From assembly GCA_002415345.1 (NCBI GenBank), contig DHXV01000001.1, positions 33,059 through 97,058 of the forward strand: a stretch of 64,000 bases of DNA, read 5' to 3'. The position numbers were made by a program, and so were the translations under genes. Shown here piece after piece: positions 1 through 9,310 of this stretch (the stretch's first letter is position 1; each line of letters begins with the position of its first letter). This DNA comes from Patescibacteria group bacterium UBA5147 (GTDB lineage Bacteria; Patescibacteriota; Saccharimonadia; UBA4664). The notes under the pieces were generated by a model. That model saw nothing but the letters and a program-made list of their open reading frames with translations. It did not search any database and was not told the DNA's origin.

Positions 1-142
1 CCAGGACCGGCGCTTTCTTGGCGGCGGCGGCCAGCGCAACAGCTTTGAGGGTTTCCTGGTTATCGATATTGAAGGCACCCAGGGCAAATTTCTCATTGCG
101 AGTTCGGGTATAAAGATTACGGGCGGCTTGTTGATTGGTCAC
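1..142 (-). CDS. fba: fructose-bisphosphate aldolase class II, N-terminal part (gene runs off window start)
   Basis: Minus-strand translation from GTG at 142 gives VTNQQAARNLYTRTRNEKFALGAFNIDNQETLKAVALAAAAKKAPVL, matching the class II FBA N-terminus (..GAFN(V/I)NN.E...A...AAe...P.il). An AAAGGAG RBS lies 7 nt upstream (151-157). Confidence 0.55.
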   Translation of the reverse strand, partial: MTNQQAARNLYTRTRNEKFALGAFNIDNQETLKAVALAAAAKKAPVL

Positions 143-182
143 GTGCAGACTCCTTTGATTGACGGATTATTGCGAAATATAA

Positions 183-1172
183 CTACGCCGATTTGCGTTT
201 GATCAGCTCCCGGGCGCGTTTGACCAAATGAGGTGCCGACAGGCCAAAATTATCAAACAGCTGGGCAGTTGTCCCCGATTCGCCGAACCGGTCTTGGAGC
301 CCGACGCGGGTCATCGGGGTTGGCGTATTCTCTGTGAGCGTTTCAGCCACGGCCCCGCCGAGTCCGCCGGCCATCTGGGCTTCCTCCACCGTCATGACCG
401 CACCGGTTTTGCGGGCACTGGCCAGGATGGTCGACGTGTCGAGCGGCTTGATGACGGCAGCGTTGATTACTTCAGCCTCAATTCCTGCTATGGCCAGTTG
501 TTCCGCGGCCATGAGCGCCTCATACACCATGGTGCCGCAGGCAACTATCGTTAGGTCGGTGCCCGATCGCAATACGTTGGCCTTACCCAGCGAAAACGGC
601 GTTTTGTCAGTAGTAACGATTGGCGACTTGTCGCGGGCCAGGCGCAAATAGGCTCCCCCGATATGGCTTGCTAACGCCAAAGTGGCCTTCCCCGCCTCGA
701 TGCTGTCAGCAGGTACGACCACCACCATGTTAGGCAGGACCCGCATAAGGGCGATGTCTTCGAGCATCTGGTGGGTAGCACCGTCAGGACCGACGCTGAC
801 TCCGGCGTGAGACCCCACGACTTTGACGTTCGTCTGGTTCAAACACACGGTGGTGCGGATTTGTTCCCAGTTGCGGCCGGGGCTGAAGGCCGCGTAGCTG
901 GATATAAACGGCACTTTCCCGGCCAGCGACATGCCAGCAGCTACAGTTACCAGGTTCTGTTCGGCGATCCCGATTTCCACGAACCGCTCCGGGTAACTCT
1001 TGGCAAAAGCATCCATCTTGGTGCTCTCAGTGAGGTCGGCGCACAACGCCACCACGTTAACGTCGCGGTGGCCCGCCTCCAGCAATCCGCGGCCAAAGCC
1101 GGCGCGGATGGGTTCCAACTCAACCTCTGCGCTGGATAATTTTGGATTCAAATACATTTTCGGGTCAATCAT
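183..1172 (-). CDS. tkt: transketolase, C-terminal subunit (pyrimidine-binding and C-terminal domains)
   Basis: 329-aa ORF. Its overlap with the upstream N-terminal subunit (ATGA overlap) is typical of split transketolase, and the Pyr/C-terminal domain pattern (EQNLVTVAAGMSLAGKVPF..) is present. Confidence 0.9.
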   Translation of the reverse strand: MIDPKMYLNPKLSSAEVELEPIRAGFGRGLLEAGHRDVNVVALCADLTESTKMDAFAKSYPERFVEIGIAEQNLVTVAAGMSLAGKVPFISSYAAFSPGRNWEQIRTTVCLNQTNVKVVGSHAGVSVGPDGATHQMLEDIALMRVLPNMVVVVPADSIEAGKATLALASHIGGAYLRLARDKSPIVTTDKTPFSLGKANVLRSGTDLTIVACGTMVYEALMAAEQLAIAGIEAEVINAAVIKPLDTSTILASARKTGAVMTVEEAQMAGGLGGAVAETLTENTPTPMTRVGLQDRFGESGTTAQLFDNFGLSAPHLVKRARELIKRKSA

Positions 1173-2041
1173 TCGTGCTCGCTCCTTATCCGACCGCCAA
1201 GGGTCCTGAGCTCATGCAAGGCGACCTTGGCCTGATCGGCCTTTTTGGGGGCGCCGGGAACATCCACCAGACCGGCCGGGATGCCGTGCCAATGGTAGTC
1301 ATACTCCATGTAGTCGACGCCTTTACCGGGGATGGTATGGGCGATAATGACGGTGGGCGATTCGGTGACGGCCTTGCTCAGGTTGCAGGCGCTGATGATC
1401 GCGTCCATGTTGTGGCCGTCGATTTCTATGACGTGCCAGCCAAAAGCTGCCCATTTCTTGCTGAGGTCGCCTAGGGGCATGACGATTTCCGTGTTGCCGT
1501 CGATCTGAATATTATTGCGGTCGACAATGACAGTTAGGTTGCTGAGGTGGTTCTTGGCGGCCCACATCATTCCTTCCCAAATGTTGCCCTCGTCGAGCTC
1601 GCCGTCGCCCGTCAGGCAGTACACGCGGGAACGACTGCCGTTCATCCGCAGGGCGTAGGCGTGACCGGCAGCCTGGCTGAGGCCGGAACCCAGCGGGCCA
1701 GACGTAGTTTCGATGCCCGGCAGGCGTACCCGCTCAGGGTGGCCTTGTAGGCGTGAGCCAAACTTACGCAGCGTCATCAGTTCCTTGATGGGAAAGTACC
1801 CCGCGTGAGCCATGGTGGCATAAAGAACCGGAACTATGTGGCCGTTGCTCAAAAACAATCGGTCGCGCTCTGCCCAATCCGGCTGTTTGGGGCGATGGTT
1901 CATTACCTCAAAGTAAAGGGCCGTAAACACATCGGCCATGCCCAGCGGGCCGGCCGAATGGCCGCTGCCGGCTTCAACGAGCATCTTCACGATGTCCTCG
2001 CGGATTGTGTTGGCCATAAGTTCTAAATCACGATGCGTCAT
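1169..2041 (-). CDS. tkt: transketolase, N-terminal (thiamine-diphosphate-binding) subunit
   Basis: 290 aa with GHSAGPLGMADVFTALYF.. and the GDGELDEGNIWE TPP-binding motif. Confidence 0.9.
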   Translation of the reverse strand: MTHRDLELMANTIREDIVKMLVEAGSGHSAGPLGMADVFTALYFEVMNHRPKQPDWAERDRLFLSNGHIVPVLYATMAHAGYFPIKELMTLRKFGSRLQGHPERVRLPGIETTSGPLGSGLSQAAGHAYALRMNGSRSRVYCLTGDGELDEGNIWEGMMWAAKNHLSNLTVIVDRNNIQIDGNTEIVMPLGDLSKKWAAFGWHVIEIDGHNMDAIISACNLSKAVTESPTVIIAHTIPGKGVDYMEYDYHWHGIPAGLVDVPGAPKKADQAKVALHELRTLGGRIRSEHE

Positions 2042-2088
2042 ATTATAACCATAACCTTTACGGCGTATTTTTGCGAGGGGAAATCTTA

Positions 2089-2745
2089 CTAGACGCCGTC
2101 GGCAATAGCTTCAAGTGCGATGTAGGCGATCTCCGGATCAGAGTGGTCATGGATAAAACTGCCGCAGTTGAGCAGGTCGGCGCCCGATTCGATGGCCATG
2201 CGGCCTGTTTCCTGGTCAATCCCACCGTCTACCCCGATTTCCAAACTTGGATTAATAGCCCGGGCCTGGGCGATTTTCTCCAGACAATCGACGCGGAATT
2301 CGCCGCCGTTGTGTCCTAGCCGCCCCGTAAAAATAAGCAGATGGTCAATTCGCGGCAATAATTCCTTAACCTGCTCAATTGTTGTTTCGGGATTAACCGC
2401 GAGACCGACGCGGATTTCAAACGATCTGAGTTCGCGCATCAACGCTTCACGGTCCACATCGGCTTCAAAATGAAATATCACTAGGCTGGGCTGGAGCGAG
2501 ACGATGTTTTCAATCTGGCCTTCGGGGTGGCTCATCATCAGATGCAAATCAAACGGCACCCCGTCGATGTCATAAACCTGGCTGAGCCCGACGGTCTTGA
2601 CGTCGATGAACACCCCGTCACAGACATCGATATGCAGCCGTTTGGCAAACGGTTTAACCCGGTCGATACGCTCGGCATAATCGGCGGGGGTTGATGCGAG
2701 GATTGTCGGTGCAACTACAGCCATCTTAGCCGTAGAGTTCTTCAA
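2089..2745 (-). CDS. rpe: ribulose-phosphate 3-epimerase
   Basis: 218 aa with HIDVCDG..F.. and HLMMSHPE.. motifs of Rpe. It overlaps rpiB by 20 nt, as in an operon. Confidence 0.88.
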   Translation of the reverse strand: MKNSTAKMAVVAPTILASTPADYAERIDRVKPFAKRLHIDVCDGVFIDVKTVGLSQVYDIDGVPFDLHLMMSHPEGQIENIVSLQPSLVIFHFEADVDREALMRELRSFEIRVGLAVNPETTIEQVKELLPRIDHLLIFTGRLGHNGGEFRVDCLEKIAQARAINPSLEIGVDGGIDQETGRMAIESGADLLNCGSFIHDHSDPEIAYIALEAIADGV

Positions 2746-3178
2746 TTTGATCCAAACGGCGCTGGTATTTCGGGTCGCCGTCGAACTTGGCTTTCAGCCA
2801 GGCGTCTACCGCGGCGATAGCCTCATCTTCATCGATGAATTTGGAAGGAAGCACCAGAATGTTGGAGTTGTCGTCACGCTTGGCGGTCTTGGCGCTCTCC
2901 AGGCTCCAGGCCAGAGCGGCCCTGATACCGCGGACCCGGTTGGCGGCGATGCTCATCCCCTGGCCGCTCCCACAAATTAGCACCCCGTGGGCTTGGGCCG
3001 TGTCTTCTTCACCTAGCAATTTAACGGCAACCCCGTAAGCGTACAAGGGATAGTCATCCTCATGTTCCAAGGACTGCGCTCCGACATCAACCACTTCATG
3101 ACCCGTGCTTTTCAAATGCTCGATAATGGCTTTTTTGAGCTCAAATCCGGCGTGGTCGGCTCCGATGTAAACTTTCAT
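2726..3178 (-). CDS. rpiB: ribose-5-phosphate isomerase B
   Basis: 150 aa, MKVYIGADHAGFELK.. GVLICGSGQGMSIAANRV.., typical of RpiB/LacAB. Confidence 0.88.
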   Translation of the reverse strand: MKVYIGADHAGFELKKAIIEHLKSTGHEVVDVGAQSLEHEDDYPLYAYGVAVKLLGEEDTAQAHGVLICGSGQGMSIAANRVRGIRAALAWSLESAKTAKRDDNSNILVLPSKFIDEDEAIAAVDAWLKAKFDGDPKYQRRLDQIEELYG

Positions 3179-3346
3179 GGATTGGGTGTCCTGCTTATTG
3201 GATGTTCGTTAGGGGGTTTGGATAGTACCTATAAGGTTGGTGGGCCGGTTGCTATCCCAATGCTGTTGCTTGTGGTTGAATTATCGGCTATGACTGTGCT
3301 CTAGGCAAGGGCGGGCAGACAGAGGATTAGGCAGGATACTTATGCA

Positions 3347-3402
3347 ATAGCGGTAAAATACCGCTAAATTAAGCGTTTTAAATGGCGGTATTTTACCGCT
3401 AT
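3347..3402. promoter_or_regulatory. 56-bp inverted repeat made of two self-palindromic GCGGTA-N3-TACCGC boxes
   Basis: atagcggtaaaataccgct (3347-3365), a 19-nt spacer, then gcggtattttaccgctat (3385-3402), matching 18/19 as a reverse complement. It sits in the 312-bp gap between gap and rpiB. Confidence 0.4.
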
Positions 3403-3490
3403 TTGGTTCATGAACGAGCCCGTCCGCCGTTCCAAAGTGACACTAAAATAAGTAAAATCTCCGCCAGACAATCAACGACCTAACGAACAT

Positions 3491-4513
3491 CTATACGATG
3501 GTCTTACCAACGTTAATCACGCTCTCAACTAACCGGTTGGAATAGCCCCATTCGTTGTCATACCAAGCCACAACCTTAAGCAAGTTGCCATCGACTACGC
3601 GGGTCAAGCCAAGGTCAATAATGCTGGAATGAGGGTTGCCTATGAAGTCGCTCGACACCAGTGGCTCGGCGGTGGCATCTAGAATCCCAACGTACTGGGC
3701 GTCCTTGGTAGCCTCAACCAGCACCTGGTTCACCTCCTCGACCGTAACGTCGCGCTTGGTGAGAATAGTAAGATCCGATAGCGAAACCACCGGAGTAGGA
3801 ACCCGCACGCTCATGCCGTCGAACTTACCCTTTAAAGGCAGGTAGGCCTTTGCCGCAGCGGTTGCAGCACCCGTGGTGGTAGGAACGATATTTTCAGCCG
3901 CATTTCGGCCTTCGCGCAAATCTTTGGCCGGAGCATCCTGCAAAGCCTGCGAGGCGGTGTAACTGTGAACGGTCGTCATCATGGCTTTCTGGATACCAAA
4001 AGCCTCATCGATAACTTTGACGAGCGGAGCAATGGAGTTGGTGGTGCAAGACGCATTGGAAATTACCGTGTCGGAGGCAGCCAAGGCACCTTCGTTGACC
4101 CCGATAACGAACGTACCAACGCCGTCGCCCTTGGCAGGTGCGCTGATTACAACCCGCTTTGCACCGGCTGTCAGGTGCATGCCGGCATCTTCGACATTAG
4201 TGAATCGTCCGGTACTCTCAATCACAACATCTACGGCCAGATCTTTCCAAGGCAACACCGCTGGATCTTTTTCGGCCGTAACTTGAATGCTCTTGCCGCC
4301 CACTATCAGGTGGGTTTCGTCAAAGCTGACTTCTTCGTGGTAGGCGCCATAGTTTGAATCGTGCTTGAGCAAGTAAGCCAGAGTCTCGGTAGAGGTAAGG
4401 TCGTTGATAGCTACGACATCCAACTCCGGGTGCCCCATGGCAATCTTAAAGGCATTACGACCAATGCGCCCGAACCCGTTTATAGCAATCTTATAACTCA
4501 TTGATGATCTCAC
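3491..4513 (-). CDS. gap: glyceraldehyde-3-phosphate dehydrogenase
   Basis: 340 aa with INGFGRIGR, the SNASCTTN active-site cysteine motif and WYDNEWGYS. Confidence 0.95.
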   Translation of the reverse strand: MRSSMSYKIAINGFGRIGRNAFKIAMGHPELDVVAINDLTSTETLAYLLKHDSNYGAYHEEVSFDETHLIVGGKSIQVTAEKDPAVLPWKDLAVDVVIESTGRFTNVEDAGMHLTAGAKRVVISAPAKGDGVGTFVIGVNEGALAASDTVISNASCTTNSIAPLVKVIDEAFGIQKAMMTTVHSYTASQALQDAPAKDLREGRNAAENIVPTTTGAATAAAKAYLPLKGKFDGMSVRVPTPVVSLSDLTILTKRDVTVEEVNQVLVEATKDAQYVGILDATAEPLVSSDFIGNPHSSIIDLGLTRVVDGNLLKVVAWYDNEWGYSNRLVESVINVGKTIV

Positions 4514-4569
4514 CTTCTTATTTGCTATAAGCGTATAAGGTTTGACTTACCTGCGCAAGGCAGGCGGGG

Positions 4570-5097
4570 CTATTTACTGTCTTCGTAGAGCTTCATGGAG
4601 TCACGTACCACCTCGATGGCCTCTGCTGATTGCCCCCAGCCGTTAAAATGGACATTGGCGCCGGACCAGTCGTTTTTCCAGTCTTTATAGTGGTGATAGA
4701 AATGCTCGATGACTTGAGGAAAGTGTTTTCCCAGGTCGGCAAGATTGGTGATGTGGTCTTTAGTGATATCGTTAGCCGCCACACAAATGATCTTCTCGTC
4801 GCCCTCACCATCGTCAACCATATGCAGGACGCCGATTGGGCGGCTCGGTACGCAAACACCGTGAGGAACGCTCTCATTTATCACCAGCAGTACATCAAGG
4901 GGGTCGCCGTCGTCACATAGAGTGTGAGGAATATAGCCGTAATCAGACGGGTAGCCCAGAGGCGTGGCATTAACTCGGTCCAAAGTCAGGTAACCGGTTT
5001 CCTTATCCATTTCCAATTTATTACGTTCCCCCATACGAATCTCAATGACGACGTTTACAATCTCTGGTGCCTGAATGCCGGCAGTAAGTTCTTTCAT
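4570..5097 (-). CDS. ppa: inorganic pyrophosphatase (family I)
   Basis: 175 aa with the DGDPLDVLV and HxVDDGEGDEKIIC signature. Confidence 0.9.
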   Translation of the reverse strand: MKELTAGIQAPEIVNVVIEIRMGERNKLEMDKETGYLTLDRVNATPLGYPSDYGYIPHTLCDDGDPLDVLLVINESVPHGVCVPSRPIGVLHMVDDGEGDEKIICVAANDITKDHITNLADLGKHFPQVIEHFYHHYKDWKNDWSGANVHFNGWGQSAEAIEVVRDSMKLYEDSK

Positions 5098-5280
5098 ACG
5101 GGATAACCTCTTATTTTGTACTCAAGTATAGCACGATTATCCCTTGAGGGAGCCTTAGGGCAAAGCTATAAAGTCCTACCATAATCACTTTAATCTATTG
5201 TGACTTTGCCCATTAAAACTTTACCTGATACAAGCGTATTCTCAGTGTGTAATTGAGTGTTTAATTAAGGAGTAATAGTT

Positions 5281-5544
5281 ATGATAATGACCATTATTAC
5301 GTGGATCATCCTTGGTGCGCTGGCCGGCTGGATCGCCTCGATGATTACAGGAACCAACGCTCGTGTTAGCGGATACATGAACGTCGTCGTAGGTATAATC
5401 GGAGCCTTCATCGGCGGCTTGGTCTTGCAGCTGCTCGGCGCGTCACAGCCGGCAGGATTCAACCTGCCAAGTCTGCTGACTGCGGTATTGGGAGCCGTTA
5501 TCCTGTTGGCTCTCGTCCGGGCCTTCCGTCGCGACACGATTTAG
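5281..5544 (+). CDS. GlsB/YeaQ/YmgE-family small membrane protein
   Basis: 87 aa with two TM helices, GALAGWIAS...GIIGAFIGG motif, and an AAGGAG RBS. Confidence 0.65.
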   Translation: MIMTIITWIILGALAGWIASMITGTNARVSGYMNVVVGIIGAFIGGLVLQLLGASQPAGFNLPSLLTAVLGAVILLALVRAFRRDTI

Positions 5545-5567
5545 CAGTTACGCAACCCACCCCACCT

Positions 5568-5596
5568 AAAAAGGCCCGCATCATGCGGGCCTTTTT
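5568..5596. terminator. bidirectional intrinsic terminator
   Basis: aaaaa-GGCCCGCA-tca-TGCGGGCC-ttttt hairpin between convergent genes. Confidence 0.6.
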
Positions 5597-5613
5597 AGTA
5601 CGAACTACGGGTG

Positions 5614-5868
5614 TTAACCGACCAGTTTGAGTTGATCGGCCAGCCAATCCTGGTCAAAGCCGACGACGCCGGCTACAGTTCCGTCAGCGTGGGTAATGGT
5701 AGTAAACGGAACACCCATCTGACCGGATAGTTTAACCATCTCGGCTGCGGCGGCTTCGTCTTCCTCGACATTTACGTCGATATATGGCACTTTATGCTCA
5801 TCCAAGAAGTTCTTCTCAGCCTTACAGTATGCGCACCAACTTGTTGAATAAATTTTTACGGTTGCCAT
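5614..5868 (-). CDS. glutaredoxin-like protein (NrdH/Grx family)
   Basis: 84 aa, YSTSWCAYCK CxxC thioredoxin-fold motif. Confidence 0.75.
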   Translation of the reverse strand: MATVKIYSTSWCAYCKAEKNFLDEHKVPYIDVNVEEDEAAAAEMVKLSGQMGVPFTTITHADGTVAGVVGFDQDWLADQLKLVG

Positions 5869-5918
5869 GGATGTTTCTCCTTACTTCTACTATACCAAAT
5901 GAGGCAAGCCCAGAGTGA

Positions 5919-6569
5919 TTACGGACGTATTGGATCCGAAACTGCATTCGTTGGCGGTGAAGGTTCGGGCGAAACCGTCGGGGTGGGATCAGGCTGAGCA
6001 ATCTGCGAGGCCGGAGTTACCGGGGATTCCGGTACCCGCGTAACTAGAGGCAGGGCATTTATCAATGAGCCGACCCCGTCGTCTGCTTGATAAGGTTTCT
6101 TTGAACTCGCCTCCGCGTCCTCCGGCTTGTTGTGGCGCTTCGATTGGGAGGTTGTTGCGATATGAGTCGCGATGGCGGTTTTCTTCCCCTTTTCGACGCT
6201 CGGAGTATGAAGCACCATTGGGTGAGCTGAAGGTTCCGCCAGGCTGCGGGCAACCTCTTCATGTCCACCAGATGACGGTTGGACATTTGCCGGCCTACCG
6301 ATAAACTCAGCAATAGCTTTTTCTCCGGCAACCGCAGATAGCCCAAGTACTCCAGCTCCAAGCAACACCAGCAGGATCATGCGCGCCTTAGGCATGTGAG
6401 TATCCATGAAATTGGTCCGCAACCGATATGCGGCCATAATTTTATCAATATCAACCGATAGGGCGTACTTGGCTAGTTCGGCCATACGCACTCGTCGTTT
6501 ACGACCATTTTTGTATTGCAACAGGATGGTGGAATCAGTCTCTAAACTGAAATTGGCTAATTCTTGCAT
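5919..6569 (-). CDS. membrane-anchored protein with Pro/Thr-rich extracellular tail, function unknown
   Basis: 216-aa ORF with a cytoplasmic N-domain, one TM helix and a low-complexity P/T/S tail. Confidence 0.45.
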   Translation of the reverse strand: MQELANFSLETDSTILLQYKNGRKRRVRMAELAKYALSVDIDKIMAAYRLRTNFMDTHMPKARMILLVLLGAGVLGLSAVAGEKAIAEFIGRPANVQPSSGGHEEVARSLAEPSAHPMVLHTPSVEKGKKTAIATHIATTSQSKRHNKPEDAEASSKKPYQADDGVGSLINALPLVTRVPESPVTPASQIAQPDPTPTVSPEPSPPTNAVSDPIRP

Positions 6570-6626
6570 GCGCCCATTTTACCATGCTTATGGTTTTTAT
6601 CGACCTTAAACAGGATAACCGCTCCC

Positions 6627-6791
6627 TTAAGCAGCGAAACGATAGGCTAGGACGACCGCCCCTACTCCGCCGACTGTCGACCACAGAATTCCCCATCCGG
6701 ACAACATACCGGCGCCGAAAAGGCTGGGGATAAAACCTCCGGCCGTCGACCCGACAAATGCGGCTAGGATAAAAAGGTTACGATTGCTCAT
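6627..6791 (-). CDS. small hydrophobic protein (54 aa), not in ORF track
   Basis: MSNRNLFILAAFVGSTAGGFIPSLFGAGMLSGWGILWSTVGGVGAVVLAYRFAA, Gly-rich two-helix membrane peptide. Confidence 0.3.
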   Translation of the reverse strand: MSNRNLFILAAFVGSTAGGFIPSLFGAGMLSGWGILWSTVGGVGAVVLAYRFAA

Positions 6792-6835
6792 ACTACTTTT
6801 GAGTATACCCGAATATGGTAAAAACGTTAGCGCTG

Positions 6836-8173
6836 TTAAGGCTGACAGGTCGATACCGGACGCTCGCCGCCGGTGACTTGCTTCAACCAGGCGAGGGTGT
6901 CGTTCAAGCTTAATATCATGGTGTTGTAATGGGTCCCGTCATAGAGCTTCAACTGAACCGGTCCCGTGCTGGCATGACACATCCCCGGTATCGCCGACTC
7001 GGACTGGCGTGCGAGAACAACATTATCGTTGCGCCCCTGGTTAATCAGTTTGGCGCTGGAGGTAGCCTCGTTGCCGACCGAGTTCTTATCCAAATCCCTG
7101 GCCAGCTCCGGATAATCACTGGCAAAGGTGTCGGTGTTAATGGATGCCAGGAACTGGGGCGTGTAGACCGCGTTCGGATTATGTCCCCAGAACGCAATAT
7201 CCGAATCGATACAATGAGACAACACGTCTCCGGTCAGATTTTGATGGAAACGCGGTTGTAATATCCGTTCCAGCCCGTAGTCGGCTTTATAGTAATCGTG
7301 ATAACTGGTGAGAACGTAGGGTCCAATCCAATTCAGGGTCGAGCCGAATGCCACGTCCCCGATGGATTCCTTGACGCTCGTGACCGGCCCGAATCCAACG
7401 ACACCCTTTACCGTAACGTCCGGTGCGTAGGCCTCCGCGATCGTATCGGCCCAGAAGGCGGCGTGGCCGCCCTGCGAATACCCTCCCACCACCACTTGAC
7501 CCTCTTTGAGGTGGCCTTTGGTGTCAGGGAGGTATTTGATTGCCCGGATGGCATCAAGCAGCGCCCGGCCTTCCAGCTCGCCGTTGAGGTAATGATGGAT
7601 GCGACCGGGATCCCGCATACCCTCATAATCGGTAGTCACCGCCACGTAGCCTTGGCTTGCATACATCAGCATGTGGGAATCGTAGTTGCCCCAGTTGGCA
7701 ACTTTCGGATTCTCAAGCGACGGCGCACATTGGTCGCCGATGCCCGTGGTACCGGGACCAAAGGCAAATACTGGATACGACCTAGCACCAGTCGGAACGT
7801 ATGCCCGCCCGTACACCGTAAACAAAGTGCCGTCTAAATCGGATGAACGGTAGCGGAAGGTTATTTTTGTAACCCCGGACTTGGCGGGCAGAGTCGCGGC
7901 CCCGTAATTCTCGTGTGCCACTTCCTGAGTCTGCGTCAGGGAAAAGGTCTGCCTGGCATCAACGCCGAGCAACTGACCCGGAGCGGGTTTGATCGGAATC
8001 GGCGAAGAAATAACCGCAGGCACCGTACGGCCCCGCCGGACGTCATCCTGATGGATGAAGAAATACAGGAACGCACTGGTCACCAGCGCCAAGACAATAA
8101 AAGCTCCAACCGCTCCCCGATGGCTTCGCTGAGATTTGTCGTGGCGGTATGGTTTAAAAAACGGCTGGATCAC
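6836..8173 (-). CDS. secreted/membrane-anchored alpha/beta-hydrolase (lipase/esterase-like)
   Basis: 445 aa, N-terminal TM, GGYSQGG (GxSxG) nucleophile elbow. Confidence 0.65.
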   Translation of the reverse strand: MIQPFFKPYRHDKSQRSHRGAVGAFIVLALVTSAFLYFFIHQDDVRRGRTVPAVISSPIPIKPAPGQLLGVDARQTFSLTQTQEVAHENYGAATLPAKSGVTKITFRYRSSDLDGTLFTVYGRAYVPTGARSYPVFAFGPGTTGIGDQCAPSLENPKVANWGNYDSHMLMYASQGYVAVTTDYEGMRDPGRIHHYLNGELEGRALLDAIRAIKYLPDTKGHLKEGQVVVGGYSQGGHAAFWADTIAEAYAPDVTVKGVVGFGPVTSVKESIGDVAFGSTLNWIGPYVLTSYHDYYKADYGLERILQPRFHQNLTGDVLSHCIDSDIAFWGHNPNAVYTPQFLASINTDTFASDYPELARDLDKNSVGNEATSSAKLINQGRNDNVVLARQSESAIPGMCHASTGPVQLKLYDGTHYNTMILSLNDTLAWLKQVTGGERPVSTCQP

Positions 8174-8174
8174 G

Positions 8175-8660
8175 TTAAACCTGGCCCGTCTTAAAGGTCA
8201 TGATGTCCATCCGGACCCCATCTACAGGGTAGGCATCACACCACACAAAACCCTGGCGCTCGTAGTATCTCCGGTGATCATGGGTCGCCAGTGACACCTC
8301 GGTGGCCCCCAACTGACTTTGCATCCGCAGCATTCGACTGAGCAGAGTGAGGCCGGTGTTACGACCGCGGCGGCTTGGATCAACGAACAGCCAAAAAAGC
8401 TGGCCTTTGCCGTTCTTCGGCACACTGCCAATGGCGTACCCCACCAGTTCGCCGCCGTGATGTGCCGTCAAAATGATTCGCCGCGGATGAATAGCCGCCA
8501 GCAGCAGCTTGAGCGGCCGATGATTACGAATCACCTGATCCTGCTCAATCGCGGGGAAATAGGCGAAATGAGACCGCACGGCCGACACGAACATCCGGTG
8601 GAGAGCCGGAATATCACGCAGTTTAATGGGAATGATGATGGTTTTGTCCACGGGCACCAA
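8175..8660 (-). CDS. GNAT-family N-acetyltransferase
   Basis: 161 aa, acetyl-CoA-binding-like motif (..RRGRNTGLTLL..). Confidence 0.65.
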   Translation of the reverse strand: MVPVDKTIIIPIKLRDIPALHRMFVSAVRSHFAYFPAIEQDQVIRNHRPLKLLLAAIHPRRIILTAHHGGELVGYAIGSVPKNGKGQLFWLFVDPSRRGRNTGLTLLSRMLRMQSQLGATEVSLATHDHRRYYERQGFVWCDAYPVDGVRMDIMTFKTGQV

Positions 8661-8683
8661 GCGTTACCGAAATATCATATCAG

Positions 8684-9310
8684 TTAAGACCGCTTGAGGC
8701 GACCGGCGAAGACCTCCCGCAGATGCTTTAGTTTGGGATTTATAACCGCTTGGCAGTAGGCGCGCTCCGGGTGGGTACGGAAATAATTCTGATGGTACGG
8801 CTCGGCTTCATAAAAGGCGTCGAGCCGCTCAATTTCAGTAACCACCTCGGCGTCCCACAGTTGGGCTACTGCGTTACGGCTAGCCAGAGCCGCCTCCTTC
8901 TGGGATTCATTTTCGTACAGGATGATCGAACGGTACTCCGAGCCGACATCGTAGCCTTGCCGATTCCTCGTCGTCGGATTATGGATTGCCCAGAAGATGT
9001 CCAGGATATCGGCGTAACTGATGACGCGGGGATCGAAATGCACTTGAACGACTTCGGCATGACCTGTACTGCCGCCCAATACCTCCTTATAGCTGGGGTT
9101 CGGCACCTTCCCCCCGGCATAGCCGGAGACGACATGGTCCACTCCGGCAATTTCCTGATACGCCGCCTCCAAACACCAGAAGCAGCCGCCTCCGATGGTT
9201 GCAACCTGTAATGCCGTGTCAGCCATCGCTGTCCCCTTTGTGGATATTTTAGGAGCCGCTTGGGGAGCACACAAGGATAAGCGTTGCTTAGAGCTCTTCC
9301 TGCTTGTCAC
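8684..9310 (-). CDS. msrA: peptide-methionine (S)-S-oxide reductase
   Basis: GGGCFWCLEA active-site motif. Confidence 0.9.
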   Translation of the reverse strand: MTSRKSSKQRLSLCAPQAAPKISTKGTAMADTALQVATIGGGCFWCLEAAYQEIAGVDHVVSGYAGGKVPNPSYKEVLGGSTGHAEVVQVHFDPRVISYADILDIFWAIHNPTTRNRQGYDVGSEYRSIILYENESQKEAALASRNAVAQLWDAEVVTEIERLDAFYEAEPYHQNYFRTHPERAYCQAVINPKLKHLREVFAGRLKRS

